64,000 nt of DNA from Gemmatimonadota bacterium (GTDB lineage Bacteria > Gemmatimonadota > Gemmatimonadetes > Gemmatimonadales > Gemmatimonadaceae). The DNA is taken from NCBI GenBank assembly GCA_040389905.1, contig JAZJZK010000007.1, forward strand, positions 96,001 to 160,000, written 5' to 3'. Position 1 is the stretch's first letter. Every line of letters begins with the position of its first letter. The position numbers and the translations under genes are program-made. Below, piece after piece: positions 58,072 through 64,000 of this stretch. The notes beneath the pieces are model-generated. The model ran no database searches. It was not told where the DNA came from and saw only the letters and a list, made by a program, of their open reading frames with translations.

Positions 58072-60758
58072 TCGCTTCTGAGCGCCACCATCGGATCGAC
58101 GCGCGCCGCCCGGAGGGCGGGCCGCAGCGTGGCAAGAATTGCGACAAGCAGCAACATCGCGGCGACGAGGCCGTAGATCGACGGATCGTTCGCTTTCTGG
58201 GAGAAGAGGAGCGGCTCGATTTTCCTGCCGGCCCACAGCGCGATCACACTCCCAATCGCGATACCGGCGGCCGCGAACCCGACTCCCTGGATCACGATCA
58301 TGCGCAACATGTCGCCGACGCCGGCACCGAGCGCAATACGAATTCCCAACTCGTGATTGCGTTGGGCGACCATGTAAGACACAACGCTGTACAGTCCGAT
58401 CGCGGCAAGGACGAGGGCGAGCACACCGAACCCGACGAACATCTTTGCGCCGAACTCCCACGACCGTTGGCGCGGTGAGACAAGTGACGCGAGCGTTACC
58501 GTGTTGACGTATGAGTCGCCCGGCATTTCCTGCTGGAGTCGCTTCCGAATCGGTTCGAGGGCATCTTCCGCCCGCCCGTTCACGCGAAGGAACAAATTCG
58601 GCCCTGCTTGCCCAAAGCGCGCCGAGAACTGGCTGACCGGCAAATAGTACCAGAACTCGTCCTTGCCGGTGATATGCTGCGCTCGCGTGTTTTCCGCGAC
58701 TCCGATGACAGTCATATAGGGATTGGTGTCACTCCCGATGCGCATGACCTGGCCGACCGCATCCTTTCGGGGCCAGATCGCTTTTGCCATCGCCTCGTTG
58801 ACGAGCACGACCGGCGCAGTCGTCGCGCGATCGGCTTCGTTAAAGGCACGGCCGTGCAGGATGCGCGTGCCCATCGTCTTGAAGTACGAGGGTGACCCCG
58901 CCTGCAAGCGGAAACTCCCAAGCGTTCGCAACGAATCCACGCCAGGCACCTTGGGCGCGCCCCGGCCTTCGCTGCTCCAGAAGGGCACTGAGATCGTGAG
59001 CGTCGCGTTCTCGACGTGGGGAACGCTGAGTGCCGCCGCGACGAGCCGCTCCGAGAGCGACTGAACTTCCGCGCGTGTCGGCTTTACGCCTCGAGCCACT
59101 CCGTCGGCGTACACGATTGGTGAGACGTCATATCCCATGCGTTGCGAGCGGACATTCGAAAGGCTTCGGACGAAGAGTCCGGCGCCAACAAGCAGGACGA
59201 CCGAGAAGGCGCCCTGAAAGAGGAGCAACGCCGTCCGAACGCCAGAGCGCCGATACGCGCCCTCACGCGAACCGGCCTTCAACGCGTCGGCGACGTCGCC
59301 ATTCAACGAATGAAGCGCGGGCGCGAGTCCCGTCAGGAGCGCGACCGACACGGTTGTTACCGCGACGAATAGCATCGTGCGGACATCAGTCGCGACGGCG
59401 GTGGCGCCATCCGCCTGAAGGAATAAACGTCGCACGATCCCCGCGCCCAGTTGCGCCACCAGCATGCCGATGACGCCGCCGAACACAGCGAGGAGCAGAC
59501 TCTCGGTGAGCAGCTGTTGAAACAGCCGACGTCGTGTGACACCGAGCGCGAGGCGAAGCGCGATTTCTCGGCGGCGCTTGACCGCGCGCGCCAGGAGAAG
59601 ATTCGTCACGTTCGCACATGCGACCAGCAGCACGATGACCGCGACTCCCATGACCCATGTGGCGACGCCGCCCGTCTCGTCGGCCTCGGGACCCCGCGCG
59701 GAGAGAAGGGGAGCGGCAACGCTGCTCGTGTGCGAACTGGCCGCCGACGGGTAGCCCGACCCTGCCTTTCCTTCGAGTTCCCAACTCTGCGCATAGACAC
59801 GTGACAAGTCGGCGTCCGCTGCTTCCCGGCTGACTCCCGCTCTCCGGCGTACGATCACATCCATCCACGTCCAGCCGTAGTCATGCACGTAGTTCGGGAC
59901 GCTCGACGCGGCGAACGCCGTCACGGGGATGTACGCGGCTGGCTCTCCCTCTTCCGAGATCCCAGCGAATCCCTTCGGCACAACTCCCACGATCGTGTGG
60001 ACAACATTCCCGATGCGGATTTTCTTGTTGATGACGTTGGCGCCGCCGTACCGCAACTGCCAAAAGGCGCGACCGAGAACGGCCACGGGACTGCCGGATG
60101 GCGGACGATCGTCGTCTGGCGTGAGGAAGCGTCCCTGTGCCGGCCGCGCGTCGAAGAAGCGGAAGAATCCTCCGCTCACCGTCGCGATGATCATCTCCTT
60201 CGCCTCGTCGCGCGAGCCGACTGCCAATCGGCGATGTCCGACCGCCTCGACCAGATCGAACGACGACGTCATTCGAGCGAAATCGACGAAGCGTGCATAG
60301 GACTGCGAGCTCTCGGTGTGACGGCGCCCGTCGGACAGGTACGTGACGAAGACGCGGTGGACGCGCTCCGGCACCGAGAGGTACTTCGCAGGCCGGAACA
60401 TCAGCCGGTCGAGGATGTCGAACATCGCCGCGTTCGTGCCGATCCCCAGGCCGAGTGTCAGCACGATCGCCGCGGTGAAGCCCGGCGTCATGCGCAGGCC
60501 ACGCAGTGCATAGCGAACGTCCTGCCGCAGCGTTTCGAACATCACGGTGCCTCGCGAGTCACGGGTGTCGTCCTTGATGCGCGTCATCCCGCCGAAGGCG
60601 AGCCGCGCCCGCCGTTCGGCTTCCCTCCGGGAAGTGCCGTCCCGCATGCATTTCTCCGTTTCACGTTCGATGTGAAATCGCAGTTCGTCGTCGAGGTCGC
60701 GCTCCATGTCGACGCGGCGGAACACTGCGCGGAGCCGAAAGCGAAGGTCCGAGAACAT
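58068..60758 (-). CDS. ADOP-type duplicated ABC permease (MacB/FtsX)
   Basis: LDDELRFH, QDVRYALR, LLVACANV.NLLLAR, RAARVDPMVALR. Confidence 0.95.
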   Translation of the reverse strand: MFSDLRFRLRAVFRRVDMERDLDDELRFHIERETEKCMRDGTSRREAERRARLAFGGMTRIKDDTRDSRGTVMFETLRQDVRYALRGLRMTPGFTAAIVLTLGLGIGTNAAMFDILDRLMFRPAKYLSVPERVHRVFVTYLSDGRRHTESSQSYARFVDFARMTSSFDLVEAVGHRRLAVGSRDEAKEMIIATVSGGFFRFFDARPAQGRFLTPDDDRPPSGSPVAVLGRAFWQLRYGGANVINKKIRIGNVVHTIVGVVPKGFAGISEEGEPAAYIPVTAFAASSVPNYVHDYGWTWMDVIVRRRAGVSREAADADLSRVYAQSWELEGKAGSGYPSAASSHTSSVAAPLLSARGPEADETGGVATWVMGVAVIVLLVACANVTNLLLARAVKRRREIALRLALGVTRRRLFQQLLTESLLLAVFGGVIGMLVAQLGAGIVRRLFLQADGATAVATDVRTMLFVAVTTVSVALLTGLAPALHSLNGDVADALKAGSREGAYRRSGVRTALLLFQGAFSVVLLVGAGLFVRSLSNVRSQRMGYDVSPIVYADGVARGVKPTRAEVQSLSERLVAAALSVPHVENATLTISVPFWSSEGRGAPKVPGVDSLRTLGSFRLQAGSPSYFKTMGTRILHGRAFNEADRATTAPVVLVNEAMAKAIWPRKDAVGQVMRIGSDTNPYMTVIGVAENTRAQHITGKDEFWYYLPVSQFSARFGQAGPNLFLRVNGRAEDALEPIRKRLQQEMPGDSYVNTVTLASLVSPRQRSWEFGAKMFVGFGVLALVLAAIGLYSVVSYMVAQRNHELGIRIALGAGVGDMLRMIVIQGVGFAAAGIAIGSVIALWAGRKIEPLLFSQKANDPSIYGLVAAMLLLVAILATLRPALRAARVDPMVALRSD

Positions 60759-60760
60759 CC

Positions 60761-61090
60761 TCAGGCCATTTTCAGCACGAGGGCGACAGCCGCAGTTAGC
60801 CGGTCCCAGGCTTCGGTGTCGGCGCCGAGTTGCTTTCGGCCGGCGCGGGTGAGTTCATAGTACTTCGCGCGTCGATTGTTGTCCGACGTGCCCCACTCGG
60901 CGCCGATCAGTCCCTGGCGTTCGAGGCGATGCAGGGCGGGATAGAGTGAGCCCTGTGGAATCTGGAGCGTGGCCAGCGACACCTGGTGAATGCGCTCCGA
61001 AATCGCCCATCCATGTTGCGGTCCGAGCGAAAGCGCTTTGAGGATGAGCAGGTCGAGTGTGCCCTGCGGCAGGTCGAGTCGGTCGGTCAT
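60761..61090 (-). CDS. PadR-family transcriptional regulator
   Basis: [28 protein letters not shown]. Confidence 0.95.
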   Translation of the reverse strand: MTDRLDLPQGTLDLLILKALSLGPQHGWAISERIHQVSLATLQIPQGSLYPALHRLERQGLIGAEWGTSDNNRRAKYYELTRAGRKQLGADTEAWDRLTAAVALVLKMA

Positions 61091-61179
61091 TCGAGTAGCT
61101 CCCTTTTCACTTCTACACGAGGCTAGACGATCACTTGTAGAAGCGCAAGGGGTCAGCATCCTGAATACTCGAAAAGCCT

Positions 61180-61333
61180 TTACCACAGAGGACACAGAGG
61201 ACACAGAGGACACAGAGGACTACGTTGCTCGCGTCGTATGCTCCACTCTTCCTCGGCAAGAGCAATCAACGCTGAGGTCGCAGCGGAGCGCTTTCGCGCG
61301 TGGTCCTCCGTGTCCTCTGTGTCCTCTGTGGTT
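61180..61333. repeat. CACAGAGGA palindromic repeat
   Basis: (cacagagga)x4 ... cctccgtgtcctctgtgtcctctgtgg. Confidence 0.85.
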
Positions 61334-61435
61334 CATTCGTTGTTGCCGTTCCCGCGGTAGTCCACTTCCCGGACCCAACGGTCCGCCACATGCCGGAGTC
61401 TATTCACTGACGAACCATCCGGAGCCAGACGCCGA

Positions 61436-61981
61436 GTGCAGGAAACACAGCTGATCGAGCGTGTGCGCGCCGGGGACATGACGGCCGCGCGACAGCTCTA
61501 CGATGCACACATCGGTGCAGTCCACCGGCTGGCCATGCGGATGACTGGTGATGAGGCGCTCGCGCAGGACGCTGCGCAGGACGCGTTCATCCGTGCCTTC
61601 CGTTCACTCGAGCGGTTTCGCGGTGAGGCGTCGTTCGGCACGTGGATTCACCGGATCGCGGTGTCGTCGAGCCTCAACCTGATCCGCGCTCGAAAGCGAT
61701 GGTGGGCAAGGCGGGCGGAGATTGAGGACGCCGAGTTCGTTGTGGACCCGCAGGTCAACGCGGACGCGGAATTGAAACGGCGGCTCTACGGCGCCATCGA
61801 CGCGCTACCGGAGATCTATCGAACGGCGTTCGTGCTGCACGAAGTGGAAGGACACAATCACGAAGAGATCGGCGCGCTGCTCGGCATTCCGAGCGGCACG
61901 TCCAAGGCGAGACTGTCGGTTGCGCGCTCGAAGTTGCGGGACGCGCTCCGCGAATTCGAAGGAGAATGGGCCAGTGCCTGA
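61436..61981 (+). CDS. ECF RNA polymerase sigma factor
   Basis: AQDAAQDAFIRAF, FGTWIHRIA, EEIGALLGIPSGTSKARL. Confidence 0.95.
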   Translation: MQETQLIERVRAGDMTAARQLYDAHIGAVHRLAMRMTGDEALAQDAAQDAFIRAFRSLERFRGEASFGTWIHRIAVSSSLNLIRARKRWWARRAEIEDAEFVVDPQVNADAELKRRLYGAIDALPEIYRTAFVLHEVEGHNHEEIGALLGIPSGTSKARLSVARSKLRDALREFEGEWASA

Positions 61982-62606
61982 CGACGACAAGTTCGATGAT
62001 TTCCTCAAGCACGCGGCGCGCGACTACAATGCGCCCGTCACGCCACCGGCGGATGCGATCTGGTCGCAGATCGAGCGGGATGTTGCGGCGGCAATCCGGC
62101 CGGTCGCGGCCCGCGAGCGCGCGCCGCGGCGGACGTGGATCGCGATCGGTGTCGGCGTCGCGGCGACGCTCGTCCTCGGCGTCTCCGTCGGTCGATGGTC
62201 GGCGTCCGGTCCGTCCGTGCCGGCGCCGGTTGCTTCGACGGCGGCAGACGATTCCGCGCGACAAGTGGCGCATGCGCGTGCCGCAACGATCGAGCATCTC
62301 GAGGACGCGGAGGTGTTCCTGACGACTGTTCGCTCCGAGATACGGACCGGACGCCCTGACGCCGAGCGTGCACAGCGGAGTAGGGAACTACTCTCCCGAA
62401 CACGCCTGCTACTCGGCGCCTCGTCCGATCGTTCGCCGGCAATCGAACGCCTGCTGGAGGACTTGGAGTTGATGCTCGCAGAGATCGCCGCACTGCCGGC
62501 ATCGCGGCCTTCGATGGACTTGAAGCTTCTCGATGAAACCATGCGCCAGGGAAATATCCTGCCGCGCATCAGAGCCACATTGCCGGCGCAGTCGGCCGGA
62601 ACCTGA
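61974..62606 (+). CDS. Putative membrane anti-sigma factor
   Basis: Overlaps the sigma gene; single TM segment. Confidence 0.7.
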   Translation: MPDDDKFDDFLKHAARDYNAPVTPPADAIWSQIERDVAAAIRPVAARERAPRRTWIAIGVGVAATLVLGVSVGRWSASGPSVPAPVASTAADDSARQVAHARAATIEHLEDAEVFLTTVRSEIRTGRPDAERAQRSRELLSRTRLLLGASSDRSPAIERLLEDLELMLAEIAALPASRPSMDLKLLDETMRQGNILPRIRATLPAQSAGT

Positions 62607-62607
62607 T

Positions 62608-63939
62608 ATGGAGATGCACATGAACTGGATGCTGATTGCAGCCACCATGGGGACGATGCTCTTCGCGTCGCCCGCCACACCGAGTGTTCAACGCGACCAG
62701 CGGATCCCACCGCCCGCGTGGGCGGACGCCGATCCCGCGGATTCGCTCTATCGTGCCGCGCGTCGTGCATTGAGCGACAAGGACTATGAATCGGCGGCGC
62801 GACTCTTCGAGTCGATCGTATCGAAGTATCCGCGCTCGGAGTACGCGCCGGATGCACTCTACTGGAAGGGATTCGCGCTCTACCGGAGCGGAATCCTGGA
62901 TGAAGCGGTCGATGCACTGGAGGCGCAGGCCAAGCGCTATCCGCAAGCCGGTACGCGGAGTGACGCCTCGGCATTGCTCATCCAGATCAAGGGGCAACTC
63001 GCGAAGCGAGGGGACACGTCCGCGCAGCGCGACGTCGACAAGGCCGCGCAGGGATCAGGGCGCACGTGCGCCGACATGGAAATGCAGATCGCGGCGCTCG
63101 ACGCACTACAGCAGATGGACTCCGAACGCGTGATGCCGCTCCTCAGGCGCGTGCTCGCTCGTCGTGACGACTGTGCGACGCCCCTCCGCAAGAATGCACT
63201 CTTCATCCTCGCGCAGAAATCAGGCGCGGATCGCGAGAAGATCCTCCTCGATGTTGCGAAGACGGATCCCAGCATCCAGGTACGCCAGGATGCCGTCTTC
63301 CATCTGTCGTCGGTCCGCGGTGACGCATCGATCGATGCGCTCGAAGACCTGCTGATGAACAGCGACGATCGGGGCGTGCGGCAGAACGCGCTGTTCGCAC
63401 TCGCTCAGAACAAGTCCGACCGCGCGCGCAAGATCATGAGGAGCTTCGCGCTGTCCGACAAGGCGACGGTCGGGCTGCGGAACGACGCGATCTTCCACAT
63501 TGCATCGGGCGCCGATAGCCAGGACGTCGCGTGGATGAAGGAAGCCTATGCGAAGATTCCCGATCAGGAAGTCCGCAAGAACCTGCTCTTTCACCTTGCG
63601 TCGCGCCCTGGCCCGGAAACGAGCAAGTGGCTCGTCGGCGTCGTCGTCGATCCGAAGGAATCGATGGAACAGCGGAAGGATGCGCTCTTTCACCTCGCGT
63701 CGCGCAAGAACGACAGTAGTGACGAATTGAACGCGGTATACGACAAGGTCACCGTCCCGATGAAGAAGGAGATTCTCTTCCATATCGCCAGCCGGCACGA
63801 TTCGCCGTCACTCGACAAGCTCATCGCCATCGCGAAGAGCGACGCCAACCCCGAGCTTCGCAAGGACGCCCTCTTCTACGTCGCGCAATCGAAGGATCCG
63901 CGCGCCCTCAAGGCCCTCGAGGAGATTGTGAACCCATGA
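62608..63939 (+). CDS. Secreted TPR plus HEAT-repeat protein
   Basis: KYPRSEYAPDALYW TPR; repeated R..A(L/V)F.L HEAT units. Confidence 0.85.
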   Translation: MEMHMNWMLIAATMGTMLFASPATPSVQRDQRIPPPAWADADPADSLYRAARRALSDKDYESAARLFESIVSKYPRSEYAPDALYWKGFALYRSGILDEAVDALEAQAKRYPQAGTRSDASALLIQIKGQLAKRGDTSAQRDVDKAAQGSGRTCADMEMQIAALDALQQMDSERVMPLLRRVLARRDDCATPLRKNALFILAQKSGADREKILLDVAKTDPSIQVRQDAVFHLSSVRGDASIDALEDLLMNSDDRGVRQNALFALAQNKSDRARKIMRSFALSDKATVGLRNDAIFHIASGADSQDVAWMKEAYAKIPDQEVRKNLLFHLASRPGPETSKWLVGVVVDPKESMEQRKDALFHLASRKNDSSDELNAVYDKVTVPMKKEILFHIASRHDSPSLDKLIAIAKSDANPELRKDALFYVAQSKDPRALKALEEIVNP

Positions 63940-64000
63940 GCACAACCATGACAGGCCCCATACGCAGCGCGCTGATCGTGGCGAGTGCGCTCGCGATGAT
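63936..64000 (+). CDS. 5' end of the next gene, truncated by the window edge
   Basis: ATGA overlap with the upstream stop; signal-peptide-like start. Confidence 0.5.
   Translation, partial: MSTTMTGPIRSALIVASALAM

Overview
GC-rich bacterial chromosome window. The gene content (PEP-CTERM protein, ADOP-type ABC permease with PadR, DUF1592/DUF1552/ankyrin cluster, many secreted GRGG-rich proteins) resembles Gemmatimonadota; this is an inference only. The left ~8 kb is an accessory/defence remnant: a HATPase-like gene end plus a receiver-kinase fusion, a collapsed type I RM operon, two PIN toxin-antitoxin pairs, and a helical orphan gene flanked by periodic repeat arrays. The middle and right carry mostly ordinary secreted enzymes, transporters, hybrid kinases, LigC/Prim-Pol and an ECF sigma module, separated by several families of palindromic intergenic repeats. 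The standout is 37.8-40.7 kb. A consensus-like sigma70 promoter precedes a structured RNA, a leader ORF with a terminator/antiterminator pair, a boxA-like motif and a tRNA mimic with a 52-nt insert in place of the anticodon loop. These are followed by rtcB, a second boxA-like motif and an array of canonical, non-canonical and degenerate tRNA-like genes. I read this as a candidate translation-stress-induced RNA repair/backup-tRNA operon. A Trp-codon leader peptide attenuator upstream of trpS is also visible. All calls are by eye from the sequence and ORF track; no searches or folding programs were run.
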